Source: an uncultured Chloroflexia bacterium (lineage in GTDB: Bacteria > Chloroflexota > Limnocylindria > Limnocylindrales > CSP1-4). From it: DNA of 64,000 bases. Shown in pieces: positions 50,144 to 60,335 of the stretch. The notes beneath the pieces are model-generated. The model made no database searches and was not told the DNA's origin. It saw only the letters and a list, made by a program, of their open reading frames with translations. Position 1 is the first letter of the stretch; each line of letters starts with the position of its first letter. Made by a program: the position numbers and the translations under genes. The DNA lies in the NCBI GenBank assembly GCA_963814315.1, contig CAWFCG010000001.1, positions 586,903 through 650,902 of the forward strand, given 5' to 3'.

Positions 50144-51247
50144 GGCATGCAACCGAGATGGGCGGGCCATACCCCCGATGGCAGGCTGGGGCAGACACGG
50201 CCCAGGCGTTTCCGCATCACCACCATCATCCTGGTTTCGCTCCTGGGCTTCGCGGTCGTGATCGCCGGGCTGCTCGTCGGACTCGCGCTGGTCGGCCGGA
50301 ACCCGCTGGATCTCCTGGCACGCGATACAGACCCAGGGCAGCCGCGGGCCATCGGCAGCCGCCAGATGGCGGAGTTGGCGGTCGGGACCAGCCCCACCAC
50401 GCTGGTCCGGGGTCCAGAGGATGGTGCCTTCTTCATCGATGGCCGCACCGGCTCTGTATGGCGTGTCAATCTCAAGGCCGGCAAGGCCGTTGAGATCATC
50501 ACACCGGGCGATCGACCGGCTGGCTCGGACGACGCCGTCGGCACTCCAGTCGAGCTCGCTGCGGCCGGTCCCGATGTGGTCGTGGTCGATGACGCCGGTG
50601 GAGCGTGGCGCTGGCAACCATCGAACCGCAAAGGTGCCGGCAAGCTGTCGCGATTGCGCCTGCAGGGCGAGCCGACGCTTCCCCAAGGCCATGGCCCGGT
50701 GGCGGCATTCGGGTCGGAAGTGGGCCAGTACCGTCTCTACGTCGTCGACCGCAGCGGCGACCAGATCTTGCGCTACCAGCAGACATTCGACGGCAGCTCG
50801 TTCCAGCCGCCCAGTCCCTACCTGGAACGCTCGGAGACGGTGACCGGGGATGTGAAGCAGCTCTACCTCGACTTCGACCTGTATACGCTGGCGGACGGGG
50901 ACCCACAGCGCTATACCTATGGCCGGCGTGACTGGATGTGGCTGCCCGATGACGTGGGGGGCACCGACTACCGACTGCTCGGCGGGAGTGGGACCAGCAG
51001 CGACGATGGGCGGCTCTACCTGTATGACGCTGCCGGCCCACAGATCATCGGCATGGCCAAGGCGGACGGCAGCATCCTGGGCCGCTGGACCCCGGACGTG
51101 GGGAGCAGTGCCCTGAGCGATGTTCGCGGCATGTACGTCGTCGAAGGCGGTGTGAGCAAGAAGGGCAAGCGCAAAGCGGACACGTTGGTCTGGATCACGC
51201 CGGATGCCATCCACCGCGCCAAGCTGGGGTTGCCCGTCGATGGTTGA
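50144..51247 (+). CDS. membrane-anchored protein with extracytoplasmic beta-propeller-like domain, function unknown
   Basis: N-terminal TM ITTIILVSLLGFAVVIAGLLVGLALVG. Repeats DGRTGSVWRVN, GRLYLYDAAGPQIIGMA. Confidence 0.5.
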   Translation, partial: GMQPRWAGHTPDGRLGQTRPRRFRITTIILVSLLGFAVVIAGLLVGLALVGRNPLDLLARDTDPGQPRAIGSRQMAELAVGTSPTTLVRGPEDGAFFIDGRTGSVWRVNLKAGKAVEIITPGDRPAGSDDAVGTPVELAAAGPDVVVVDDAGGAWRWQPSNRKGAGKLSRLRLQGEPTLPQGHGPVAAFGSEVGQYRLYVVDRSGDQILRYQQTFDGSSFQPPSPYLERSETVTGDVKQLYLDFDLYTLADGDPQRYTYGRRDWMWLPDDVGGTDYRLLGGSGTSSDDGRLYLYDAAGPQIIGMAKADGSILGRWTPDVGSSALSDVRGMYVVEGGVSKKGKRKADTLVWITPDAIHRAKLGLPVDG

Positions 51248-51893
51248 CGGGCTCGCGGTCATCGAGCGCGAAGGGCGTCGCATCATCGCCTTGGGACGAT
51301 CCGCCCCCGAGCGACGGGTACCGCAGTATCCGACCTGGACGCTGCGTGACCTCGTGATGCACGTGGCCAGTGTCCACGGGCGCACGGCGGAGGTCTGTCG
51401 GATGCTGCCAAAGGAGCGGATCGCGACGCCGGCTCCTCCCGAGGACAGGGATGCCTTCGACTGGGCGACCGAGCAACTCGACCGGATGCTCGCTGGGCTT
51501 GGCACGGCCGATGTGGAGTCCGCAGTCTGGACCCTCGTTCCCAGCCAGCGGCTGGCATTCTGGGGACCCCGGATGGTCATCGAGACGGGCGTCCATCGTT
51601 GGGACGCGCAGGCTGCGATCGAAGTCCCCGAACCGCTCTTGCCCGTCGTCGCGACCGCTGGGCTCGACGAGTTCAGCGCCCTCTACCTGCCACAGCTGGG
51701 CCGAGTCCCGACCATCGAGCTGACCGCGACCGACCACGGACGAGCGTGGCGCTTCGGTGAGGGCGAGCCGGCGGCGCGGATCGAGGGGACGGCCTCCGAC
51801 CTTTTCCTGCGGCTGATGTCACGCCCCGGCACGCCCCTGCCGCACGAGTGGGAACGGGCCGTCGACGCGTTGGGCTCACCGGCGGATGGTTAG
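51240..51893 (+). CDS. DinB/MDMPI_N-like (mycothiol-dependent maleylpyruvate isomerase N-terminal domain) family protein
   Basis: WTLRDLVMHV...H motif typical of TIGR03083/DinB_2 proteins. Confidence 0.55.
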   Translation: MVDGLAVIEREGRRIIALGRSAPERRVPQYPTWTLRDLVMHVASVHGRTAEVCRMLPKERIATPAPPEDRDAFDWATEQLDRMLAGLGTADVESAVWTLVPSQRLAFWGPRMVIETGVHRWDAQAAIEVPEPLLPVVATAGLDEFSALYLPQLGRVPTIELTATDHGRAWRFGEGEPAARIEGTASDLFLRLMSRPGTPLPHEWERAVDALGSPADG

Positions 51894-51904
51894 CTGCGGC
51901 AACG

Positions 51905-52630
51905 TCAGGCCCGATAGCGATCGAGCCCGCGGGTGGTGATGAGGCGCTCGTCGTGGCTGATGCCGGCTGCGTCGTAGCCGGGTAGCGAATCGACCCAGCT
52001 GAGCCCATCGCGTCCCATGGCGAAGGCGGCCGTGGCGTAGGCGTCGGCCCGTGCCAGGGCAGGCCCGACCACACTGATCGTAAGCAGCTCGTCGACGGCC
52101 CGTCCCGTCCGCGCGTCGACGATATGGTGGCCACGCTCGGTGATGCCGGACGTCGCCACCGCGAGATCGTCGCTCTGCAACACCAGGGCCACGGACGTTC
52201 CCGTGTCTGGGTGCGCGATACCGATGCGCCAGGTCACGCCCGGCTCATGCCCGCCATGGACGAGCACGTCGCCGCCGGCGCTGATGAAGAAGCGTTCGAT
52301 ACCGGCCGCGGTGAGGATGTCAGCGGCCCGGTCGACGGCCCAGCCCTTCACCACTCCAGTGGGGTCCGGCAGGCCATCGGGCCGATGGCCGCGGATGTCG
52401 AAGGCCCCACCACTGAGCACCTCGACGGCATCGGCGATCTGGAGCACGTGGGCAAGGTCGTCGGAGAGATCCGATGCGGCCATCTCGCCGCGCATCATGC
52501 GGCTGACCTCGCTGTCCGACTTGAATGGGCTGAAACGGTCATCGACCTCATGGAGCCAAGCGAACGCAGCATCGACCGGGGGTGAGCAAGCACCCCCGTC
52601 GGGCACGAAGAGGCTGATCACGGTGCCCAT
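51905..52630 (-). CDS. FAD:protein FMN transferase (ApbE family)
   Basis: ApbE motifs (GGAFDIRGH..., GIAHPDTG..., ATSGITERG). Confidence 0.75.
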   Translation of the reverse strand: MGTVISLFVPDGGACSPPVDAAFAWLHEVDDRFSPFKSDSEVSRMMRGEMAASDLSDDLAHVLQIADAVEVLSGGAFDIRGHRPDGLPDPTGVVKGWAVDRAADILTAAGIERFFISAGGDVLVHGGHEPGVTWRIGIAHPDTGTSVALVLQSDDLAVATSGITERGHHIVDARTGRAVDELLTISVVGPALARADAYATAAFAMGRDGLSWVDSLPGYDAAGISHDERLITTRGLDRYRA

Positions 52631-52702
52631 AGCACGCTCCACGCGTCGCCTGTCAGGGTCGCGCGTCGCGAGCCGATCCTCACCGACCAGCTCGGCCTCC
52701 AT

Positions 52703-53236
52703 CTACATGCCCAACTGGTCGAGCGCTGACTGCAGCGATGCCGCATAGGCTCGGCTGGTATAGGTGGCGCCGGAGATGACGCTGACCCCGGAACTGTCGG
52801 CCGCGATGGCCTCCTCGCGCAGCACCGGGCCAGCATAGCCACTGATCTGCGAAGAGTGGCGATCGCCATCGGGCAAGGACAGCGTCTGCACGTCGACGAT
52901 GTCTCGGCCATCAACGGTGACGGCGACCTGGACCGTGCCCCAGCGGATGGCGATGGGGTCACCCGTGACCGTCACCGGAGTGGCCGTCACCGGCTCGCTC
53001 GTCGCCGTCACCGCCGGCGAAGCCTCGACCACTACGTCGGCACCTCTCGTTGCGGTCGCCGTGTCAGCCATCAGCTCATCAATGGCCGCGGCCCTTTCGT
53101 CTTCGGCCACCACGACCGTGTCGAGCGACGGCGCACCGCGAAAGGAGAGGAGCAGTGCCAGGGCCCCGACGGTGCCGGCAAGGGCCAAGCTGCCGCGGAC
53201 GGGGAGGCGGGACGGTTGGCGTGTTCCAGTGTTCAT
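52703..53236 (-). CDS. FMN-binding-domain protein (FMN_bind, covalent flavinylation target), membrane-anchored
   Basis: Signal anchor LALAGTVGALALLL. C-terminal VDGRDIVDVQ...VISGATYTSRAY FMN_bind motif (flavinylated Thr/Ser). Confidence 0.6.
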   Translation of the reverse strand: MNTGTRQPSRLPVRGSLALAGTVGALALLLSFRGAPSLDTVVVAEDERAAAIDELMADTATATRGADVVVEASPAVTATSEPVTATPVTVTGDPIAIRWGTVQVAVTVDGRDIVDVQTLSLPDGDRHSSQISGYAGPVLREEAIAADSSGVSVISGATYTSRAYAASLQSALDQLGM

Positions 53237-53238
53237 CT

Positions 53239-54624
53239 TCAGTACCCAAATCGTTCTGCGTGGATCTGCCGGGACGGGACGCCCAGGCGTCGAAGGCTCT
53301 GCAGGGTGCACTCGGTGAAGGAGCGCGAGCCGCAGATGAAGACGTCCGCATCTACGAGGTCGGGGATCAGGCGTGCCAGGGACGCGGGCGATAGAGGGTC
53401 GATTGGCATCTGGGCCGAACCGCGATGGCCAGCGAGGATCCGCACGTCGGCGCCGCTGCGGGAGGCGATGTCTGCCAGCTCGCGACCGAAGATGACCTCC
53501 GACGGCTCACCTTCACGGTAGAGCAGCGTGCAGCGAACCGAACGGGCTACCAACTCCTCCAGGATGGCGCGGAGCGGCGTCACTCCGACACCACCCGCCA
53601 GCATGACGACGCGCGGACGAGTGACCAATGCCGAGGTGAAGGCCCCGTAGGGGCCCTCGATGAAGACCGCTGTTCCTGGGCGCATCGTGAGCATGCGCCG
53701 GGAGTCGTCGCCCAGGCCCTTGATGGTGAACCGGAGGTACGATCCATTCGGTGCAGCGGAGATGGAGAAAGGATGTGGGCGCCACCAGCCCCCGCCTCGC
53801 AGGAAGCGGATGTTGAAGAACTGGCCTGCCCGCACCGGGAGGCGCTCGATGTCCCGGCCGACGAGATAGATCGACACCACATCGAGTGACTCCGGCACGA
53901 CCGCGGCCACTCGAAGCCGGTGCCGCGCGGAAAGCCGGATCGGTGCCAGCAGGCGATACCACAGGAGCAGGCCGAAGGTGACGACGTAGAGGCCAATCCA
54001 GAACGCGACGGCCACCGGGTCAGCCACGAGATCGCTGCCCAGGCTGATCTGATGCGCGAAGGCCAGTGCGATGCCGAGGTAGGCGTACAGGTGAAGTCCA
54101 TACCAGGTCTCGTATGCGAGCCGGCGACGCGCGGCCGCGATCGACGTCAGCGCCACTACCGCCAGCAGCACCAGCCCGACGGTGGCGATGAGGACGTCCC
54201 AGGTCTCGTTGAGCGCCACGAACTCCGCGACGACATCGGTACCGGTGCCCAAGGCCGGACCGATGGTGCTGAAGACGACGTGGGCCACGATCAAGCTGAT
54301 CATCGTCCGGCCCAACCATCGATGCCAGGCCATGAGCCGGTCGCTGCCGACCACATGGTCGATCCAGGGCACCCGCGCCATCAGCACGATCTGCACGAGC
54401 GCCAGGTAGGTGCCCACCAACGCGGTGAGCTGACCGAGGCTGATGGCAAGACCAGACGGAGAACCGACTTGGCCAAGACCGCCGTGGCGGACCCACATGC
54501 CGACGACGAGGAGTCCGAGGACGATGAATGCGACGGCGATGTCGCTCGATCGGAACGACCACGACCTCAGCATCGTACTGCGCCGGGTCGCGAGCGCTCG
54601 CCCGGCCTGCGTCAGGGTCGTCAC
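53239..54624 (-). CDS. ferric-reductase-like transmembrane domain fused to FAD/NAD(P)-binding oxidoreductase domain
   Basis: Six TM helices with bis-His motifs followed by RPHPFSIS (FAD) and VMLAGGVGVTP (NAD) motifs. Confidence 0.75.
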   Translation of the reverse strand: MTTLTQAGRALATRRSTMLRSWSFRSSDIAVAFIVLGLLVVGMWVRHGGLGQVGSPSGLAISLGQLTALVGTYLALVQIVLMARVPWIDHVVGSDRLMAWHRWLGRTMISLIVAHVVFSTIGPALGTGTDVVAEFVALNETWDVLIATVGLVLLAVVALTSIAAARRRLAYETWYGLHLYAYLGIALAFAHQISLGSDLVADPVAVAFWIGLYVVTFGLLLWYRLLAPIRLSARHRLRVAAVVPESLDVVSIYLVGRDIERLPVRAGQFFNIRFLRGGGWWRPHPFSISAAPNGSYLRFTIKGLGDDSRRMLTMRPGTAVFIEGPYGAFTSALVTRPRVVMLAGGVGVTPLRAILEELVARSVRCTLLYREGEPSEVIFGRELADIASRSGADVRILAGHRGSAQMPIDPLSPASLARLIPDLVDADVFICGSRSFTECTLQSLRRLGVPSRQIHAERFGY

Positions 54625-54795
54625 GATGGGGCGGAAAGGTGTGTGTCCATCGATACCGAGTCTCAGGGTCCAAGATCAGCCTCCCGGCCCATCCGCGTAA
54701 GGGCGGTGTAATCGCCTGGCCGTCGTGCCTGGGCGAGCGGTTCGAACCTCGTCGACGTCGTAGGGCTGGCCATGCCGTAGGCGATACTTGGCCGT

Positions 54796-55677
54796 ATGAC
54801 CGACCGTCAGCTCCGGTCCTCGGATCCCATCGCCCGAGGCAATACGTCGGACATCATCGCCTGGACCAGGGAGACCGTGGTCAAGGTGCTGCGCCCTGAG
54901 ATCCCACGGCACTGGGCCGCCATCGAGGCGGACATCACCCGCAGAGTGCACGCGTCAGGCCTGCCCGTGCCCTTCACCGACGGGGTGATCGAGGTCGATG
55001 GCCGGCCCGGTGTCATCCTCGAACGGATCGACGGCCCGACCATGTGGCAGCGCATGAAGGACGAGCCGCGCGAGGTGCCCGGGTTGATGGACACCTTGGT
55101 GGCGCTTCAAGCCGAGTTACACGCGGCGGTGATACGCGGGCTACCGGACCTGGTGCGGCGACACGGAAGCAAGATCGACGAGGCCGTCCAGGTATCAGCT
55201 GCGGAACGACAGGAGGCACAGCTGCTGCTGGCGGCGATGCCCCGCGGCTCTGCCCTCTGCCATGGCGACTTTCACCCCGCCAACATCATCCTCGCAGCGC
55301 GTGGGATGGTCATCCTCGACTGGTTCGACGCTGCGACCGGCAGCGCTGTTGCAGATCGCGTTCGTAGCTCGCTACTGATGCGTGCCCCGCTCGACCGAGC
55401 GGCGATGCCCGTCCATCTCGGTGGTGCCACGATCGATTCACTCGACCGCATGCACTCGGGCTACCTGGCAGCCCTCGCTCGCCGCGGGCTCATCGATGTG
55501 CCCGAGTTCGCGCAGTGGGAGGCGGTCGTGGCGGTCGCGCGGATGTCAGAGCCTGTCCCGAGTGGCGACCTGTTGAGCCTCTGGAGCCGCTGGCGAGCGG
55601 AGGGCCCTGCGAGCACCGCCGCGATGATCAAACGCTGCCTGCAAGACGACGCCTGCGACGAGGACGAACCGAGCTAG
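54796..55677 (+). CDS. aminoglycoside / small-molecule phosphotransferase (APH) family kinase
   Basis: LCHGDFHPANIIL catalytic loop and ILDWFDA motif. Confidence 0.7.
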   Translation: MTDRQLRSSDPIARGNTSDIIAWTRETVVKVLRPEIPRHWAAIEADITRRVHASGLPVPFTDGVIEVDGRPGVILERIDGPTMWQRMKDEPREVPGLMDTLVALQAELHAAVIRGLPDLVRRHGSKIDEAVQVSAAERQEAQLLLAAMPRGSALCHGDFHPANIILAARGMVILDWFDAATGSAVADRVRSSLLMRAPLDRAAMPVHLGGATIDSLDRMHSGYLAALARRGLIDVPEFAQWEAVVAVARMSEPVPSGDLLSLWSRWRAEGPASTAAMIKRCLQDDACDEDEPS

Positions 55678-56452
55678 GCGACCAGCCGACACAGGGCCTC
55701 GTGGATGGCGGCTCCCGACACGACCATGAGCCGGCCATTGGTCGCAGTGGGCCACTCGAAATGAGCTCCGGCTTCAGCCGCGGATCGAGTGCTCCCGCGG
55801 CATAGTCCCAGTACTGCATGTTGCGCTGATAGAAGCCGTCAAGACGACCGCAGGCCACCCAGCACAGGTTCAACGCTGCCGAGCCGAAGCAGCGGATGTC
55901 GCGGGCGGCGGGCAGCACCCGCTGCAAGTACGCAGCTTCCGCGACTCTGCCGGCCGGTGTGTAATCGAAGCCGGTCGCGATGAGGGACTCCGACAGATCG
56001 ACAGCATCGGAGACCGCGATGGGGCTACCGCCACGGCGGGCACCGCGGCCACGGATGGCACTGAAGACGTCCCCCTGGCAGATATCCACGACTGCGCCCG
56101 CGACCACCCGCCCACCCCGCGTGGCCGCCACCGAGACGCTCATGACCGGCAAGTCGTAGGTGAGGTTCACGGTGCCATCGATGGGGTCGATGACCCACCC
56201 CACATCAGACGAGCCACTCGCCGCGCCGTCCTCTTCACCCAGCATGCTGGCGTCCGGCGTGTGTTCCAGGAGGACTGCCCGGATCGCTCGTTCGCTGGCC
56301 AGATCGAGCGATGTCACCGGGTCCGTGACGGTGGACTTGGTCCGGATGGTCCCCACATCCCCGGCGGCGGCGCGGACCACGCGGGCACCCTCGAGTGCGG
56401 CCTCGATGGCGAAGGCTTCCAGTTCAGTCGCGTGGTCAGCGCCACCGCTCAC
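55675..56452 (-). CDS. inositol-monophosphatase family phosphatase (SuhB/HisN-like), apparent frameshift near 55745-55765 in the last ~35 codons
   Basis: EEDG...WVIDPIDGT..., WDYAAG motifs. The family-like C-terminus AAEAGAHFEWPTATNGRLMVVSGAAIHEALCRLVA* is in the +2 frame and ends at the CTAG shared with the convergent APH gene. Confidence 0.65.
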
Positions 56453-56453
56453 G

Positions 56454-57242
56454 TCAGGTACGGACGACGACCGGACCCTGCTCCTGGAGGAGGGCCGCGG
56501 TGGCGTCGTCCATTCCCGTATCGCTGTAGATGATGTCCACCTCTTCGATGCCCGCGAAGCGGAACAACTGCTCGTTGCCCACCTTGGAGTGGTCGAACAT
56601 CATCACCACGCGTCTGGCGGCTGCCATCATCGCCCGCTTGATGGCCACCTCTTCGCGGTAGGGGGTGGTGAAGCCCCGTTCGGGCGACATCCCATCGCAG
56701 CCGATGAACGCGACATCCACAGTGATGTCCCTGAGCGTCTCAACGCTGGACTCATCGACGAAGGCCAGCGTGCGGCGCCGCAAGGCACCTCCGATCACGA
56801 TCACGTTGGGTCGTTCGGTGATGGAGAGCGAGCGGATGATGGGTACGTGGTTGGTGATGACCGTCAGATCCCGATCGCGGTCCAGAGCATCGGCCAGGTG
56901 CAATGCCGTACTGCCCGAATCGATGATGAGCGATCCACTCTGCGGCACTTCGGCGAGCGCGGCGGTGGCGATCCGCCGCTTCTCATCCACCTTGCGTCCC
57001 TCGCGAACCTCGAGTCTCGGCACGAGCATCGATCCGCGCCAGGGGACCGCACCGCCGTGGACGCGCCGGACGAGACGTTCGCGCTGTAGCTCGGTGAGGT
57101 CACGACGGATGGTCTCGCCGGTCACGTCGAATGCATCTGCCAGCTCAGCGACATCGACACGCCCATGCTCCAGCAACCGCTTCATGATCTGCGCCCGCCG
57201 CTCACCCTGGAACAACGGGCCGGCTTTCGCCGCGATAGCCAT
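56454..57242 (-). CDS. DeoR-family transcriptional regulator
   Basis: HTH VDVAELADAFDVTGETIRRDLTEL and the DeoR C-terminal sugar-phosphate-binding domain. Confidence 0.8.
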   Translation of the reverse strand: MAIAAKAGPLFQGERRAQIMKRLLEHGRVDVAELADAFDVTGETIRRDLTELQRERLVRRVHGGAVPWRGSMLVPRLEVREGRKVDEKRRIATAALAEVPQSGSLIIDSGSTALHLADALDRDRDLTVITNHVPIIRSLSITERPNVIVIGGALRRRTLAFVDESSVETLRDITVDVAFIGCDGMSPERGFTTPYREEVAIKRAMMAAARRVVMMFDHSKVGNEQLFRFAGIEEVDIIYSDTGMDDATAALLQEQGPVVVRT

Positions 57243-57265
57243 CGGACCAGATGCCGCTTGCTCCA

Positions 57266-58747
57266 TCAACTCTCCCTGTCCAGCCACAGCTCAAGGGTGC
57301 GGCACGTCCCCTCCTGACGGATCGAGTCCAGGGCTTCCACGAACGCAGACACGAACCTCGGGTCCGCGGGGAGGCGCGAGCCGAAGACATCGTCGAAGCC
57401 AAGGAAGGCCGCCGGCTTGATCAGGGATGCCCGAGCGAACTCGACCGCCTCGTCGAGGCGCGGATCGGCGGACAGCGTGATCTGCCGGCCCTGATCGTCC
57501 CTACCCAGCAGGTACTGACACCAGCCGGCCAGCGCCAGTGCGGAAAGGCGGATCGGCCCGCGCTTGTCGAGCTGTGATTCGATGGTCGGGACCAGGAACT
57601 TGGGGAACTTGGACGTCCCGTCGAGACAGACGCGGGCCACCTGATCACGGACTTCGGGGTTGGCGAAGCGTTCCGCCACCACCCGCTTGTAATCCTCCAC
57701 GTCGATACCCGGAACCGGGGGCAGCGAGGGGGTCACCTCGTCATCGTGGAAACGCCGCAGGAACTGAGCCAGGAGTGGGTCAGCCAGGATCTCGTGGATA
57801 TAGACATGGCCGATGAGCGCGGCCATGTATGTCGTGGTGGAGTGGCCCGCATTCAGGATGCGCAGCTTGAGGATCTCATACGGCCTGACGTCATGGGTGA
57901 CCAGAGCTCCGGCGTCCTCATAGGGTGGACGGCCGTGAGCGAACGCGTCCTCGATGACCCACTGGATGAAGGGCTCCGCCACGACGGGCCAGCGATCGAC
58001 GAGCCCGTACTCGGTCGCCAGGAACTCGCGGTCAGCGTCGGACGTCTGCGGGGTGATGCGATCGACCATGCTGTTGGGGAAGGCCACGTTCCGCTCGACC
58101 CAGCTCTCCAGCCCAGGTTCGACCATGGCGCAGACGCCGAGTGTGGCCGCCTTCGCGGTGTCGCCGTTGCCCATGACGTTGTCGCAGCTCTGCACGGTCA
58201 GGCCGCCGAGCCCGGCGTCGCGGCGCCGCCCCAAGGCGCGCGCCAGTGCTTCGAACGTCGGCGGCAGCGCATCGGCCGGAGGCGCCATGAACCCGCCACT
58301 GGCCTCATCGACGGGATAGCCGCCCTCGGTGATGGTCATCGACACGATGCGCGTGTCGGGGTGTGCGATCCGCGCCGCGAGTGGCTCGATATCGTTTGCC
58401 GCAAGAAGATAGTCGGTGATGGAGCCGATGACCCGGACGTCGGTCGCGCGACTGTCACGCGTGACGAGCGTGTAGAGGTAGCCCTGGGCTTGTAAGGCGC
58501 TGGCCATGGCCGCATCGCCGGCAAGGACGCCGGCACCGGTGATCGACCAGTCCGAGACTCCAGCACGACAGAGATCGTCGAGGTAGACAGCCTGGTGTGC
58601 GCGATGGAAGCCACCAACGCCGATATGCACGATGCCGCCGCCCGGTGCGTCCCGAGCGTAGGTCGGGATGGAGATGCGTGGATCGAGCCGGCGGAGCGTC
58701 TCACTCGAGAGCTCCATACGGCGCCGGAGGCCGTCGTCAGTGGTCAT
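57266..58747 (-). CDS. mtlK: long-chain mannitol 2-dehydrogenase / polyol dehydrogenase (MtlK/UxuB family)
   Basis: 493 aa. IVHIGVGGFHRAH N-terminal motif. Mannitol_dh N and C domains. Confidence 0.75.
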   Translation of the reverse strand: MTTDDGLRRRMELSSETLRRLDPRISIPTYARDAPGGGIVHIGVGGFHRAHQAVYLDDLCRAGVSDWSITGAGVLAGDAAMASALQAQGYLYTLVTRDSRATDVRVIGSITDYLLAANDIEPLAARIAHPDTRIVSMTITEGGYPVDEASGGFMAPPADALPPTFEALARALGRRRDAGLGGLTVQSCDNVMGNGDTAKAATLGVCAMVEPGLESWVERNVAFPNSMVDRITPQTSDADREFLATEYGLVDRWPVVAEPFIQWVIEDAFAHGRPPYEDAGALVTHDVRPYEILKLRILNAGHSTTTYMAALIGHVYIHEILADPLLAQFLRRFHDDEVTPSLPPVPGIDVEDYKRVVAERFANPEVRDQVARVCLDGTSKFPKFLVPTIESQLDKRGPIRLSALALAGWCQYLLGRDDQGRQITLSADPRLDEAVEFARASLIKPAAFLGFDDVFGSRLPADPRFVSAFVEALDSIRQEGTCRTLELWLDRES

Positions 58748-58918
58748 GGGAACACATTACTCCAACACAGAACCATATGAAAGCCACAACATCATCATGG
58801 ATACGCCTTTGTTATGGCTTGCATTCCCAAACGCTACCAACTAGCATGCCTCTCTAGCGTGTGGAATCCACGCATGGAGGAGTCGGGGTTGCGCCCGTCC
58901 CAACAGGAGGAACCGTCT

Positions 58919-60292
58919 ATGTGGTCGGATCGTGTCTCGAGAAGCAGACACACCAAGTCCGGTGTCCTGGCCGTGGCCATCGCCCTCGTGGCGTCCACGG
59001 CATTCGCCGGAGCAGCCATCGCCCAGGATGAGAAGACGATCAACGTCGCCATCGTGGGCAACCCCCAAATGGAGGACATCGCCAGTCTGACGCCGACGCT
59101 ATTCACTGAGCAGACGGGGATCAATGTCAACTACGTCGTGCTCGAGGAGCAGACACTGCGTGAGATCGTGACGCGCGACATCGGCGCCGGCGGCGAGCAG
59201 TTCGACGTCGTCATGATCGGCATGTTCGAGGCGCCGCAGTTCGGTCGCAACGGCTGGCTGGCAGACCTCAACCAGTACGCCGCCGATGACGCCGACTACA
59301 TGGTCGACGACATCATCCCGGCAGTGCGTGACGGCCTCTCCTTTGACGGCGGCCTGTACGCGGCGCCGTTCTATGCGGAGTCGTCGTTCGTCATGTACCG
59401 CAAGGACGTCCTCGAGGCGGCCGGCCTGACCATGCCGGATGCGCCCACGTGGGCAGAGGTCGCAGAGATCGCCCGCGCCGTCGACACGCCCGAGATGGCC
59501 GGCATCTGCCTCCGTGGCAAGCCCGGCTGGGGTGACCTGGGTGCCATCTTCACCACCGTGATCAACACGTTCGGTGCCACCTGGTGGCTAGCCGGCGAGA
59601 ACGACACCATCGGTGCTGCTCAGATCGACCAGCCCGAGTTCAAGGAAGCCCTGCAGTTCTATGTCGACCTCATCAAGGATGCCGGTCAGGACGACGCCTC
59701 CAACGCCAGCTACAACGAGTGTACGGCCCAGATGCTCGATAGCAAGGCGGCCATGTGGGTCGACGCCACGGTCGCGGCCAGCAATCTCGAGTCGGCTGAC
59801 AGCCCCATCAAGGGCAAGCTCGGTTACGCGCTGTCACCGGTGAAGGAGACTGACGCCTCCGGTTGGCTGTGGTCATGGGCCCTGGCCGTTCCGGAGAACG
59901 CACCCGACAAGGACACCGCCTGGGAGTACGTGAAGTGGGCCACCGGTCCGCAGTACCTCGTCGAGGCCGGTGAGAACCTGCCCGGTGGCTGGGCCACCGT
60001 GCCGCCTGGCACCCGCCAGTCGCTCTACGAAAACCCCAACTACCAGGAAGCTGCGGCTGCCTTCGCCCAGAAGACGCTCGACGCCATGCAAGCAGCCCCC
60101 ATCAACGATCCGGGCCTGCAGCCGCGACCCGGTCTGCCCGGTGTGCAGTTCGTCGGCGTGCCGCAGTTCCAGGATGTCGGCACGCGATGCACGGAGCAAT
60201 TCTCCGCGGCCATCGCGGGCAACGTCTCGGTCGATGACGCGCTGTCAGCCTGCCAGGCCATCGCGTCTGAGGTCGTGGGTGAGTCCTGGTAG
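58919..60292 (+). CDS. extracellular solute-binding protein (family 1), sorbitol/mannitol SmoE-like
   Basis: AGGAGG 8 nt upstream of ATG 58919. Signal peptide VLAVAIALVASTAFAGAAIAQ. SBP_bac_1 architecture. Confidence 0.8.
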   Translation: MWSDRVSRSRHTKSGVLAVAIALVASTAFAGAAIAQDEKTINVAIVGNPQMEDIASLTPTLFTEQTGINVNYVVLEEQTLREIVTRDIGAGGEQFDVVMIGMFEAPQFGRNGWLADLNQYAADDADYMVDDIIPAVRDGLSFDGGLYAAPFYAESSFVMYRKDVLEAAGLTMPDAPTWAEVAEIARAVDTPEMAGICLRGKPGWGDLGAIFTTVINTFGATWWLAGENDTIGAAQIDQPEFKEALQFYVDLIKDAGQDDASNASYNECTAQMLDSKAAMWVDATVAASNLESADSPIKGKLGYALSPVKETDASGWLWSWALAVPENAPDKDTAWEYVKWATGPQYLVEAGENLPGGWATVPPGTRQSLYENPNYQEAAAAFAQKTLDAMQAAPINDPGLQPRPGLPGVQFVGVPQFQDVGTRCTEQFSAAIAGNVSVDDALSACQAIASEVVGESW

Positions 60293-60335
60293 GCGCTAGC
60301 CTGCCAGGTCGATAGCGAACGAGGGACAGCCGCAC

